Positions 28,295 through 38,154 of a DNA stretch of 64,000 nucleotides are shown here, piece after piece. The DNA lies in contig CAKSAK010000001.1 of assembly GCA_934435205.1 (NCBI GenBank), positions 542,243 to 606,242 on the forward strand. Direction: 5' to 3'. Position 1 is the stretch's first letter; each line of letters starts with the position of its first letter. The notes beneath the pieces were generated by a model. The model was not told where the DNA came from. It saw nothing but the letters and a program-made list of their open reading frames with translations, and did no database searches. This stretch comes from an uncultured Ruminococcus sp. (GTDB lineage Bacteria > Bacillota > Clostridia > Oscillospirales > Ruminococcaceae). The translations under genes and the position numbers were made by a program.

Positions 28295-29557
28295 CTATTT
28301 CAATATTTTCCTTGCCTCAACATAAAATCTCTTATCCTCGGCATGACCCATGGAGAACGTTTTTCTTGGCAGTGCGCCGTCAACGATAACTGTTGGGAAA
28401 AGCTCTTCCTTGCCCATGTCAGGGAGCATAAAGCCTATGGAATTTTCCTTTGCGGAAAGCTCTCTTATTACCTCTGCACCGTGGATATAGTCCACCTTAC
28501 CGCCTTTTTCCTTTATATAACTGTCAAGGAAATTCTGCAGTGAGCCGACTGTGAGCTTTGAAGTCGGCTTATGGATATAAAGTGTCTTTTCCTCGCCATT
28601 GTCGCAGACAACTATTGCCTGCTCTGCCTTTTCCTCCGAAAGTTCAAGAGCCGCTGTCATTTCGCTCATAAGAGCCTTTGTATCAACGTCTGTAACTATT
28701 CTATGGATAGCCTCAAATTCAAGTGCAGGCGAATGAAGATTTACTATCTCAACAAGGGCATATCTGCAAAGTGCATTGCTCATGTCCTTGTCAGGGTTTT
28801 CTCTCTTCTGCTCCTCGTAAAACTCCTTTGCAGTAGCGAGAGAATGGTTGCCGTCGCCCATTGCGTAAACCAGCGGTGAAGTTTCCTTAAGGCCATACTT
28901 TCCATTGAAGGCGTCGATATCGCCAAGCTTTTCAAGTGCGGCAACTATCTTTTCCTGCATAGCCTTGTCGATAAGATAGCCTGCGATATGACCGCCCTTT
29001 TTCATAAGGTCAAAGTCATAGAGCTTTTTCATTTCTCCCTTGTGAGCTTCAAGCGGCTCAACAACGCTTTTTTCTGTATCGTCAACGAGTATCATGATAT
29101 GCGGCAGCTCAACAGGTGCGCCACGTCTTACCTTTATTCTTGGCGGTATTCTCTCCACAACTGTGGCTTCTGTTGCTCTTACGGCAGACTTTGAACCTTT
29201 GCGGTAGTCATACTCTTCAAGGTCGATAGCACCAACAATGCCTGCTCTTACCTTTCCGTCAGACTGTGTTCTTTCAACGTATATCATGGCGTCCTTATAC
29301 TCTTCAAAAACGCCCTCGCTGATATAGCTGTCCATATTCTTATGTATGTCGGCTATTCTCTCCTCAACGTTATCGTCCTCCAGATAGACCTCAGGCAGGA
29401 TAAGGTTAAGTGCGCTCTTTGCACCCTCTGTTATCTTCTCCACGTCAGCCCAATACTCAGGCTCAGAGGTATACTGGTCGCAGGCAACTACAGCCCATTT
29501 TGACATATCGGCGTTCTTAGGCAGAAGTATATCTGCGCTTTTAAATGCTGTTGACAT
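28295..29557 (-). CDS. DUF1015-family conserved hypothetical protein
   Basis: 420 aa. Family-level resemblance only. Confidence 0.55.
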   Translation of the reverse strand: MSTAFKSADILLPKNADMSKWAVVACDQYTSEPEYWADVEKITEGAKSALNLILPEVYLEDDNVEERIADIHKNMDSYISEGVFEEYKDAMIYVERTQSDGKVRAGIVGAIDLEEYDYRKGSKSAVRATEATVVERIPPRIKVRRGAPVELPHIMILVDDTEKSVVEPLEAHKGEMKKLYDFDLMKKGGHIAGYLIDKAMQEKIVAALEKLGDIDAFNGKYGLKETSPLVYAMGDGNHSLATAKEFYEEQKRENPDKDMSNALCRYALVEIVNLHSPALEFEAIHRIVTDVDTKALMSEMTAALELSEEKAEQAIVVCDNGEEKTLYIHKPTSKLTVGSLQNFLDSYIKEKGGKVDYIHGAEVIRELSAKENSIGFMLPDMGKEELFPTVIVDGALPRKTFSMGHAEDKRFYVEARKILK

Positions 29558-29590
29558 TTCACTACACTCCTATTATTCTTATATCCAAAA

Positions 29591-29615
29591 CAGGACGGCT
29601 GTTTTCACCGTCCTG
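29591..29615 (-). terminator. secA terminator
   Basis: CAGGACGG...CCGTCCTG 8-bp stem just downstream of the secA stop. Confidence 0.6.
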
Positions 29616-29625
29616 CATATTGTTT

Positions 29626-32400
29626 TTATTCCTCAGAGCTGTCAGAGCTATTCTCTGCCTGCTCGGCTTCGTCAGCCTGTACACCGTTTCCGGCGCCACA
29701 GCAATTCTTATACTTCTTGCCGCTTCCGCATGGGCAAAGATCGTTCCTGCCCGGCTTCTTAGCCTTTCTTACTGTCATGTTATGATGCTCGCCCGGCTTG
29801 AGAACGTCCTCTCTCTTTGGAGCGGCGCTGTTCTTTCTTACCTGAATTGTGAACAACATTCTTACAGTATCCTCACGGATAGAAGCTACCATATCATCGA
29901 ACATATCCATACCTTCCATACGATACTCAACAACAGGGTTCTTCTGACCGTATGAACGCAGACCGATACCCTTTTTCAGCTCGTCCATATCGTCGATATG
30001 AGCCATCCACTTTGTATCTACAACCTTAAGAAGAACGACTCTCTCGATCTCATGGAGAAGCTCCTGACCAAGGTCTTCCTCACGCTTTGCATATATCTTC
30101 AAAGCTCTGTCTTCAAGCAGGTCGATTATATCCTGCTTTGTTATCTCGTCAAGCTCCTGTGGGGTATAGTTGAAGTCGTCCTCAACTGTGATTATGCCCA
30201 TAAGTCTTTCTTTAAGGCCCTGCAGGTTCCAGTTATCCTGAACGTCCTCGTCAGTGATATACATATTTACAGAATCCTCAACGAACTCCTTTATCATGCC
30301 GAGGATACTGTCATGGAGATCCTCTCCGTCAAGCACCTGCTGTCTTTGCTTATAGATTATCTCACGCTGTGTGTTCATAACGTCGTCGTAGTTAAGGACA
30401 TTCTTTCTGATGTTGAAGTTTCTGCCCTCGATCTTCTTCTGTGAAGATTCGATAACGCCTGTGAGCATTTTTGACTGGATAGGAGTATTCTCGTCCACTT
30501 TGAGAGTGTCCATCATGGCAGTTATCCTCTCACCGCCGAAAATTCTCATAAGATCGTCTTCAAGAGAAAGGAAGAATGTGCTTTCGCCCGGGTCGCCCTG
30601 ACGTCCTGAACGTCCTCTGAGCTGATTGTCGATACGTCTTGACTCGTGTCTTTCTGTACCGATAATATAAAGTCCGCCTGCTTCTCTAACCTTTTCTGCA
30701 AGCTCCTTTACCTCGTCAGAATACTTTGCATAGAGCTTCTTATACTCTGCTCTTGCAGCCAGAACTTCCTCGTCCTGAGTGTTTGAGAAGCCTGCTGCCT
30801 CGACAGCCACTTCCTCAGAATAGCCCATTTTCTGGAGGTCTGCAAGGGACTTATACTCAGCGTTACCGCCCAGCATGATATCAGTACCACGTCCTGCCAT
30901 GTTGGTAGCGATAGTAACAGCACCGTATTTACCTGCCTGTGCAACTATCATAGCCTCACGGTCATGGTGCTTGGCGTTAAGTACCTCGTGCTTGATGCCC
31001 TTGTTTTTCAGAAGTCTTGAAAGATACTCTGACTTCTCAACAGAAACAGTACCAACAAGAACAGGCTGTCCCTTTTTATGGCACTCTATCACCTGCTCGA
31101 TAACAGCGTTGAACTTGCCCTTTTCTGTTTTGAAAACAACGTCAGGGTGGTCAACTCTGATAACAGGCTTGTTTGTCGGTATCTCGATAACATCGAGCTT
31201 ATATATCTCTCTGAACTCGTCCTCCTCAGTAAGGGCAGTACCTGTCATACCTGACAGCTTGCCATAAAGACGGAAGTAGTTCTGATATGTGATAGTAGCG
31301 ATAGTCTTTGACTCTCTTGCTATCTCAACGCCCTCTTTTGCTTCGATAGCCTGATGCAGACCGTCATTGAAACGTCTGCCCTGCATGATACGGCCTGTGA
31401 ACTCATCCACGATAAGAACTTCTCCGTCCTTAACAACGTAGTCGATATCCTTTTTCATAACACCGTTTGCCTTGATAGCCTGATTGATGTGATGAGCAAG
31501 GGTCATATTGTCAGCGTCCATAAGGTTTATAACGTTGAATGCCTTTTCTGCTTTCTTAACACCGCTCTTTGTAAGAGTTGCGGTCTTAGCCTTTTCATCG
31601 ATGATATAGTCGCCGTCCAGAAGGTCATTATCTGCCTTATCGTCCATTTCAACTACAGTAACAGGCTTCAGGGTCTTTGCAAATCTGTCGGCAAGTGAAT
31701 AAAGCTTTGTTGACTTGTCGCCCTGACCTGAAATGATAAGCGGAGTTCTCGCCTCGTCTATGAGGATAGAGTCCACCTCGTCCACGATAGCAAAAGCGTG
31801 CTCTCTCTGCACCTTATCTTTCTTATAAATTACCATGTTGTCACGAAGGTAATCAAATCCGAACTCGTTATTTGTACCATATGTAATATCGGCATTATAA
31901 GCCTCTCTCTTCTGCTCCTTGTTCATGCCCGTAAGCACAACGCCGATAGAAGTGTTCAGGAAGTGGAACACCTTGCCCATTTCCTCAGACTGGAACTTAG
32001 CAAGATAGTCGTTTACTGTTACAACGTGAACGCCCTTTCCTGTAAGAGAGTTAGCGTAAGCCGCCAGACAGGCAACAAGAGTTTTACCTTCACCTGTTTT
32101 CATTTCGGCGATACGTCCCTGATGAAGAACGATAGCACCGATTATCTGAACAGGATAAGGCTTTTTGCCAAGCACTCTGAACGCAGCTTCACGGCAAACC
32201 GCAAGAGCGTCAGGAAGAACGTCGTCAAGAGTTGAAAGCTCGTCCAGCTTGCCTCTAAGAATGGCAGTCTGTCCGCCCAGCTCTTCGTCAGACATATCGG
32301 CATACTTGCTTTCAAGCTCGAGTACCTTATTCTTTATAGGCTCGATCTTGGCAAGCTCTTTTTTTGAATAGTTGCCGAATATTTTATCAAATAATCCCAT
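29626..32400 (-). CDS. secA: Preprotein translocase subunit SecA
   Basis: DEAD-like motor motifs. C-terminal zinc finger [14 protein letters not shown]. 924 aa. Confidence 0.95.
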   Translation of the reverse strand: MGLFDKIFGNYSKKELAKIEPIKNKVLELESKYADMSDEELGGQTAILRGKLDELSTLDDVLPDALAVCREAAFRVLGKKPYPVQIIGAIVLHQGRIAEMKTGEGKTLVACLAAYANSLTGKGVHVVTVNDYLAKFQSEEMGKVFHFLNTSIGVVLTGMNKEQKREAYNADITYGTNNEFGFDYLRDNMVIYKKDKVQREHAFAIVDEVDSILIDEARTPLIISGQGDKSTKLYSLADRFAKTLKPVTVVEMDDKADNDLLDGDYIIDEKAKTATLTKSGVKKAEKAFNVINLMDADNMTLAHHINQAIKANGVMKKDIDYVVKDGEVLIVDEFTGRIMQGRRFNDGLHQAIEAKEGVEIARESKTIATITYQNYFRLYGKLSGMTGTALTEEDEFREIYKLDVIEIPTNKPVIRVDHPDVVFKTEKGKFNAVIEQVIECHKKGQPVLVGTVSVEKSEYLSRLLKNKGIKHEVLNAKHHDREAMIVAQAGKYGAVTIATNMAGRGTDIMLGGNAEYKSLADLQKMGYSEEVAVEAAGFSNTQDEEVLAARAEYKKLYAKYSDEVKELAEKVREAGGLYIIGTERHESRRIDNQLRGRSGRQGDPGESTFFLSLEDDLMRIFGGERITAMMDTLKVDENTPIQSKMLTGVIESSQKKIEGRNFNIRKNVLNYDDVMNTQREIIYKQRQQVLDGEDLHDSILGMIKEFVEDSVNMYITDEDVQDNWNLQGLKERLMGIITVEDDFNYTPQELDEITKQDIIDLLEDRALKIYAKREEDLGQELLHEIERVVLLKVVDTKWMAHIDDMDELKKGIGLRSYGQKNPVVEYRMEGMDMFDDMVASIREDTVRMLFTIQVRKNSAAPKREDVLKPGEHHNMTVRKAKKPGRNDLCPCGSGKKYKNCCGAGNGVQADEAEQAENSSDSSEE

Positions 32401-32540
32401 GTTTCAATCCACCTTTATTTATTCCCCTGTCAGAATTTATGGCAGGAAAAAGTTAAAAAATATACTATGCTATAAATACACTATTATATTATACAATATC
32501 CCCCTTTAAAAGTCAAGCAATTTATGTGACGTTTTACAAA

Positions 32541-32575
32541 CAAAAAACGACGGGCAGTGTTTTCTCACTGCCGCC
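32541..32575 (-). terminator. Terminator for the amidase gene
   Basis: CGGGCAGTG...CACTGCCG stem followed on the minus strand by TTTTTT. Confidence 0.6.
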
Positions 32576-32586
32576 GCACCATTTGA

Positions 32587-33306
32587 CTATTTCTGCATTA
32601 GCCTGTATTCGCTGATACCTGTCAGCACTGTAAACGCCACCTGACGCTGATAGTCCTCATTCTCCAATTTCTGAGCCTCCTCAGGGTTTGAAAGGAATCC
32701 GCACTCTATCATCACCGCAGGGTTCTTTGTATTATTGAGCAGATAAAGCTCGTCGCCCACAGGCTTAGTTTCTCTGGTATTGTCAGGCTGTAAAAGGGAA
32801 ACGAACTGCTTCTGCATCACTCCCGCAAGCTTTTCACCCTCGGCATTGTCTTTAGAATAGAACATCTGCGCACCACTGTATCGGCTGTCGGTAAACTGAT
32901 TTTGGTGTATGGACACTGATATGCCCTCGGAGTATTTCGAGAATATAGCAAGGCGGTTTTTCATATCGGACTTTTTCTGCTCCCCAAGCCCCTCTGTGCC
33001 TTTATCATAGATAGAGATATCGCTCTCACGGGTGCAAACAACGTCATAGCCGAGAAGCTTCAGACCGTCACGGAGACTTTCCGCCACCGCAAGATTTATG
33101 CCCTTTTCAGGCGTGCCGTCAACGGAAACACAGCCGCCGTCCATGCCACCGTGACCTGGGTCGATCACCACCACAGGCTTATCCATGGTCGTTTTCACCG
33201 TCCCGCCTGTCATGACGGCTTCACCGCTGTTTTTCCCATACCAGCACACCGCCGCAAAGCCTGCTATCACCACACAGCACAAAATATTCTGCAATCTTCT
33301 GAACAT
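32587..33306 (-). CDS. cwlD: N-acetylmuramoyl-L-alanine amidase (Amidase_3; CwlD-like)
   Basis: N-terminal TM helix. Amidase_3 motifs VVIDPGHGG and SIHQN. 239 aa, typical of CwlD. Confidence 0.7.
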   Translation of the reverse strand: MFRRLQNILCCVVIAGFAAVCWYGKNSGEAVMTGGTVKTTMDKPVVVIDPGHGGMDGGCVSVDGTPEKGINLAVAESLRDGLKLLGYDVVCTRESDISIYDKGTEGLGEQKKSDMKNRLAIFSKYSEGISVSIHQNQFTDSRYSGAQMFYSKDNAEGEKLAGVMQKQFVSLLQPDNTRETKPVGDELYLLNNTKNPAVMIECGFLSNPEEAQKLENEDYQRQVAFTVLTGISEYRLMQK

Positions 33307-33481
33307 ATATCCGCCCTCCTAGTTTTTGTCCTTTGTACAAGTTATGCGGACAAAGGGCGGCTTATGCAAAAAAATCACCGCACCATTAGAGGGTACGGTG
33401 ATAAAATTTTCAGTTTGGTTTAAATGCGCATTTTTGAGATACGCAAAAAATGTTAAGACATTCACCTAGATGTGTACAGAA

Positions 33482-33507
33482 GCGGGCGAACGCTGTTCGC
33501 CCCTATA
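33482..33507. repeat. REP-like palindromic repeat copy
   Basis: GCGGGCGAACGCTGTTCGCCCCTATA. Confidence 0.7.
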
Positions 33508-33535
33508 TATGGGGGTCGATACTTCGCAAAAAATA

Positions 33536-35098
33536 TTATTTCTTCTTTCTCTTTGCACATACCGCCAAGCCTGCTCCAGCGGCTATTATTGCGGCTGTAA
33601 CGCCTGCTGCCGCACCAGTTGACGGATTTGTTGATGAATCGGTATTATAATTCTTTGAAACCTGAGAACCTGCTGTTTTATCAGGGGCAGAGATATCATT
33701 TGAAGTGTTCTGCTTTTCTTCATATGTAAAGCTTGCTCCGCCCACAACGTCACCAAGCTTATACTCGTCATAGGACAATGAAAGTGTACCTTCATTGTTT
33801 GGGACTTTGTTTTCGCCCATGGTGCTTATTGTTACAGAAAGCTCGTTATAGTCGCTGTTAAGCCTTGCAAGATACGCCTGAAACTCCTCTGCTGTGGCTT
33901 TCTTGCCCTCGATAGTGTATGAAGTCACGCCTTTTTTGCTGTCATATTCTGCGGTGCAGATATCAGCGGTGAGACATTCACCAAGACAGCCAAAAAGCTT
34001 TCTCACTGCGTAATGCTCCTTGCCGTCCTCTGCATAGCTATCCTCTGATAGGTATGTTTTTTCGCCCGTCTGCTTGTTTACATAAGGCTTGAAGCCGAAG
34101 CCTTTCTCACCGTCACCATGGTCGTTCGACACATTGGTATCCGCCAAAACGCCTGAATTGCCCACACCGATAACGTCATAAAACCTTAAAGCAGTGCCTT
34201 CATCCAAGAGGTCTGCAATACCGCCGATAACAAAGTCAGGAACACCGTCAAAGTCTATATCCTCAAACCAACTGTTATAGCTCCAATCAACATCATCAGC
34301 CATTTCAAAAACGGCGTCAGCCATTATCTCATGAAGAAGGTCGTATGCGTCCACAATGCCATATATCATATCGTCCTTGGCATTTTCTGCCGTCATAACA
34401 ACGCAGTTATACTCGTTATACATTTCCAGAAGCTTATCAGCGTCAGCCTTTGCAGTTTCGTCTGATGTCAGCTCTGTATTTTCCACGTCAAGAGGGATAA
34501 ATCTGCTGAAAGTGGACTTATAGTTATAATACTCGCTCTCGCTGACCTCTTTGCCGTCTGTTTTGTAAACAATGCTTTCAGTTTCCGAATCGTATTCTTC
34601 CGAGCAAAGCTCCTTTTCAGTAACGCCTTTTTCAGGGTCAAATGTCATAGTTTTCATCTTATCGTTATTTGAAAAATATGATATCTCCCCTGTATAAAGA
34701 TCTCTGTAAGGCATATAATCAAAGCCCATAAATCCCGGAAAATACTGTCCGTCAGCAACAGTGTCATCTATTTTTATCTCTTTGCCGTCCTTAGTAAGAA
34801 TAGAATAATGTCTGTCACCGTCAGCCATTTCACCGCCTATTATAAACTCAGGCACACCGTCAAGATCCAGATCCATGAACCATGAGCCATAGTCGAAGTA
34901 GGTCTTATCGCCGTCTGCAACACTGTCCATACTCTTTAAAATATCAGGCAGCTTGCTGTCTATGAAATTGACGAAGTCTTCTCCTGCGTCCTTATCAAGA
35001 ACATAGGAAGCGTCTGCCGAAGCTGTAGTGAACATCATGCTCGCTGACATAATCACCGCAAGCGCCGCCGCACTTATCTTTTTTATAATACATATCAC
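33536..35098 (-). CDS. Secreted repeat protein (two FG-GAP/Ca-binding-like repeats) with a C-terminal hydrophobic anchor
   Basis: GTG start with an N-terminal signal peptide. Duplicated WF.DLDLDGVPEFIIGG and WFEDIDFDGVPDFVIGG motifs. C-terminus NPSTGAAAGVTAAIIAAGAGLAVCAKRKKK. Confidence 0.5.
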   Translation of the reverse strand: MICIIKKISAAALAVIMSASMMFTTASADASYVLDKDAGEDFVNFIDSKLPDILKSMDSVADGDKTYFDYGSWFMDLDLDGVPEFIIGGEMADGDRHYSILTKDGKEIKIDDTVADGQYFPGFMGFDYMPYRDLYTGEISYFSNNDKMKTMTFDPEKGVTEKELCSEEYDSETESIVYKTDGKEVSESEYYNYKSTFSRFIPLDVENTELTSDETAKADADKLLEMYNEYNCVVMTAENAKDDMIYGIVDAYDLLHEIMADAVFEMADDVDWSYNSWFEDIDFDGVPDFVIGGIADLLDEGTALRFYDVIGVGNSGVLADTNVSNDHGDGEKGFGFKPYVNKQTGEKTYLSEDSYAEDGKEHYAVRKLFGCLGECLTADICTAEYDSKKGVTSYTIEGKKATAEEFQAYLARLNSDYNELSVTISTMGENKVPNNEGTLSLSYDEYKLGDVVGGASFTYEEKQNTSNDISAPDKTAGSQVSKNYNTDSSTNPSTGAAAGVTAAIIAAGAGLAVCAKRKKK

Positions 35099-35235
35099 CC
35101 CAAAAAATAGTTTTCATACATATACCTATCTAATGTATAACATATATCAAATAAAAAGTCAAGAAAAAAACTGACCAAAGCACACACTTTAGTCAGTTTA
35201 TCACTTTTTAGGAAAGGGTATTTAGCAATATTGTA

Positions 35236-36831
35236 TTATTGCAGGTCACCTCTGTTAAATTCTGAAAGCTGTAAGCCCTCGTTTCTTTCAAGCGCCCAGC
35301 GGATATTCCACTCGCTTGTGAAAAGAAGCAGATAGTTGTCACGGAAGTCCTTGACAAGCTTTGTGTCACTTGAAAGCTTCAATGTCTTAGGGTCGATATC
35401 CTTGTTATCTATCCAACGGATATAAGAATAAGGCAGACCCTCTTTGAAGAGGTCAACGTTGTACTCATTTTTCATTCTGTACTCGAAAACTTCAAGCTGA
35501 AGAACGCCCACAACGCCCACGATAACTTCTTCCATACCGCTGTCAGGCTCATGGAATATCTGTATCGCACCCTCTTGTGCGATCTGTGTTGTACCCTTTA
35601 CGAACTGCTTTCTTTTGAGGGTATCCTTCTGACGGACTCTCATAAAATGCTCAGGTGCAAAGGTCGGGATAGACTCGAACTCGAACTTTTTCTTTGGCGA
35701 GCAAATCGTATCACCGATAGCGAAGATACCTGGGTCAAACACACCGATGATATCTCCTGCATAGGCTTCGTCGATTATCTCTCTTTCCTGAGCCATTATC
35801 TGCTGAGGCTGAGAAAGTCTGAGCTTTTTATTGCCCTGAACGTGGAGGACTTCCATATCCTTATCGAACTTGCCTGAGCAGATACGCAGGAAAGTGATAC
35901 GGTCACGGTGAGCCTTGTTCATATTAGCTTGTATCTTGAATACGAAAGCCGAGAACTCAGGGTCGAACGGATCTATGATACCAGCAGAGGAATTTCTCGG
36001 GGTAGGTGAAGTTGTCATTTCGAGGAAGTTTTCCAAAAATGGCTCGACACCGAAGTTTGTAAGAGCAGAGCCAAAGAACACAGGCGAAAGCTCGCCCTTT
36101 CTGACCTTTTCGATATCGAACTCATAGCTTGCTCCGTCGAGAAGCTCGATATCGTCGCAAAGAGTTGAGTGGAGATCCTCACCGATAAGGCTGTCAAGTG
36201 ACGGGTCAGAGAGGTCAACTTCTGTAGCTGCAACCTGATGCTGTCCACCGCTTGCCTCAAAAGAGATTATATGCTTTTTAACTCTGTCATAAACGCCCTT
36301 GAACTCTTTGCCTGAGCCGATAGGCCAGTTCACAGGATAGGTCTGTATACCAAGCTCAGACTCTATCTGCTCCATAAGATCGAAAGGATTTCTCGACTCA
36401 CGATCCATTTTATTTACGAAAGTAAAGATAGGGATATGGCGCATAACGCAGACCTTGAAAAGCTTTCTGGTCTGATTTTCCACACCCTTTGAAGCGTCTA
36501 TTACCATTACGGCAGAGTCAGCGGCCATAAGAGTACGGTAGGTATCCTCAGAGAAGTCCTGATGTCCAGGAGTATCCAGGATATTTATACAATAATTTTT
36601 ATACTGAAACTGCATAACAGAAGAAGTTACAGAGATACCTCTTTGTTTTTCTATTTCCATCCAGTCTGAAACAGCATGGCGGGAGTTCTTCTTACCTTTT
36701 ACAGCACCTGCCTGAGCTATCGCACCACCATAGAGCAGAAATTTTTCCGTAAGAGTTGTTTTACCTGCGTCAGGGTGGGAGATTATCGCAAAAGTACGGC
36801 GGCGTTTGATCTCATCTTCAAGCTTACCCAA
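35236..36831 (-). CDS. prfC: Peptide chain release factor 3
   Basis: G1 motif AIISHPDAGKTT; translational GTPase. Probable TTG start 8 nt after GGAGGA. The longest ORF extends to 36867 but lacks an RBS. Confidence 0.85.
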   Translation of the reverse strand: MGKLEDEIKRRRTFAIISHPDAGKTTLTEKFLLYGGAIAQAGAVKGKKNSRHAVSDWMEIEKQRGISVTSSVMQFQYKNYCINILDTPGHQDFSEDTYRTLMAADSAVMVIDASKGVENQTRKLFKVCVMRHIPIFTFVNKMDRESRNPFDLMEQIESELGIQTYPVNWPIGSGKEFKGVYDRVKKHIISFEASGGQHQVAATEVDLSDPSLDSLIGEDLHSTLCDDIELLDGASYEFDIEKVRKGELSPVFFGSALTNFGVEPFLENFLEMTTSPTPRNSSAGIIDPFDPEFSAFVFKIQANMNKAHRDRITFLRICSGKFDKDMEVLHVQGNKKLRLSQPQQIMAQEREIIDEAYAGDIIGVFDPGIFAIGDTICSPKKKFEFESIPTFAPEHFMRVRQKDTLKRKQFVKGTTQIAQEGAIQIFHEPDSGMEEVIVGVVGVLQLEVFEYRMKNEYNVDLFKEGLPYSYIRWIDNKDIDPKTLKLSSDTKLVKDFRDNYLLLFTSEWNIRWALERNEGLQLSEFNRGDLQ

Positions 36832-36934
36832 AATTATTCCTCCATATTTCATTGCATTTTTAAACATACCTGATTAGTATAACACAGTATCGCTGAAATT
36901 GCAAGAGATTTTTTATGAAGAAAGCGGTGTTTGT

Positions 36935-37415
36935 GGAATGAGGAATGAGGAGTGAGGAATGAGGAATTATGGTATCGCCTGTCGGCGATGAATTTTTTGT
37001 AGAGGCGACCGCTGTTCGCCCTTTCAATCCTGCTATATCCGCACATTGTTGATGTTCCAACAAACCATGTAGGGGACGCTACTTTGCCGTGCCGCAAAAT
37101 CGCTTCGCTCTTTGCGGATTTTACGTTGTGCAGGAGGATAGTAAAGCGGTGCAGTTTTGTTCTTCGATACTTATTTGTTTGGTGACTTAATTTGTATTTC
37201 TTCTTTCCCTCTCTGCACCGCTTAGTCGGCTGTCGCCGAATGAGGCTCTGCCTCAAACTCCGCTAGGGACTCTGTCCCTAGACCCTGCAATGGGTTTCAC
37301 CCCTTGACCCTGACCAGGGGCGTGCCCCTGGACCTTTTGCTCGCTTCGCTCGGTGTTGGCTACCCCCACTCTGTGCGGCGCTGTCATTCCTCATTCCTCA
37401 TTCCTCATTCCTCAC
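36935..37415. mobile_element. Non-coding MITE-like element B bounded by inverted tandem heptamer repeats (related to element A)
   Basis: Left arm GGAATGA-type heptamers at 36935-36968. Right arm reverse complement (TCATTCC)4 at 37384-37415. Interior rich in short palindromes (ATCGCCTGTCGGCGAT, GGCGACCGCTGTTCGCC, CTAGGGACTCTGTCCCTAG, CAGGGGCGTGCCCCTGG). No credible ORF. Confidence 0.5.
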
Positions 37416-37427
37416 TTAACTTCGCCG

Positions 37428-37456
37428 TTGACATTCTCCCCGAACTATGCTAAAAT
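37428..37456 (+). promoter_or_regulatory. Sigma-A promoter for the nitroreductase gene
   Basis: TTGACA, 17-nt spacer, TAAAAT, immediately downstream of element B. Confidence 0.5.
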
Positions 37457-37502
37457 CAAAGTGTAAGCAAACAACTATCAAACCTACAAAGGAGGCTGTT
37501 TT

Positions 37503-38030
37503 ATGAAAGATCTGCTCGAACTTATGAAAACCAGAAGAAGTGTACGAAAATACAAGTCTGACATGATACCGCAGGACGTTCTCGACCGCATCATAATAGC
37601 AGGAACTTATTCCGCCACAGGAAGAAACTTGCAGTCACCTATTATCATTGCTGTCACCAACAAGGAAATGCGTGACAAAATTTCTGAGATGAACAGAAAG
37701 ATAGGCGGCTGGGCTGAGGGCTTCGACCCGTTCTACGGTGCGCCCGTTATTCTTATCGTACTGGCAGACAAATCCTGTCCTACTTACATTTATGACGGAA
37801 GCCTTGTTATGGGCAATCTTATGCTTGCCGCTCACAACGAGGGCGTTGGAAGCTGCTGGATACATCGTGCAAAGGAAGAATTTGAGTCCGAAGAGGGCAA
37901 GGAGATCCTCCGCAGTCTTGGTATCGAAGGCGAATACGAGGGCATCGGTCACTGCGCACTCGGCTACACTGAGGGTGAATATCCCGAGGGTCACGAGAGA
38001 AAAGACACTTGGGTATACTATATCAAGTAA
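37503..38030 (+). CDS. Nitroreductase-family protein
   Basis: MKTRRSVRKY FMN-binding N-terminus typical of the family. AAGGAGG RBS. Confidence 0.8.
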   Translation: MKDLLELMKTRRSVRKYKSDMIPQDVLDRIIIAGTYSATGRNLQSPIIIAVTNKEMRDKISEMNRKIGGWAEGFDPFYGAPVILIVLADKSCPTYIYDGSLVMGNLMLAAHNEGVGSCWIHRAKEEFESEEGKEILRSLGIEGEYEGIGHCALGYTEGEYPEGHERKDTWVYYIK

Positions 38031-38050
38031 TTGTAGTCACATCATTTTCA

Positions 38051-38077
38051 TGTAGGGGCGAACAGTGTTCGCCCGCT
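38051..38077. repeat. REP-like palindromic repeat copy
   Basis: TGTAGGGGCGAACAGTGTTCGCCCGCT. Confidence 0.7.
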
Positions 38078-38107
38078 TTATAACAACTTTATAACAAAAT
38101 GAAATCA

Positions 38108-38150
38108 ACAAAAAAAACGGAGCGGTCAAAAGCCGTTCCGTTTTTTATTT
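38108..38150. terminator. Bidirectional terminator
   Basis: A8, ACGGAGCGG-TCAAAAG-CCGTTCCGT, T6. Confidence 0.65.
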
Positions 38151-38154
38151 CTTA

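Noticed and set aside
36849-37256. 135-aa and 67-aa minus-strand ORFs inside element B and overlapping the prfC start
   Set aside because: No RBS. Low-complexity, Arg-rich composition. They lie across palindromic repeat DNA, so they are ORF-finder artefacts.
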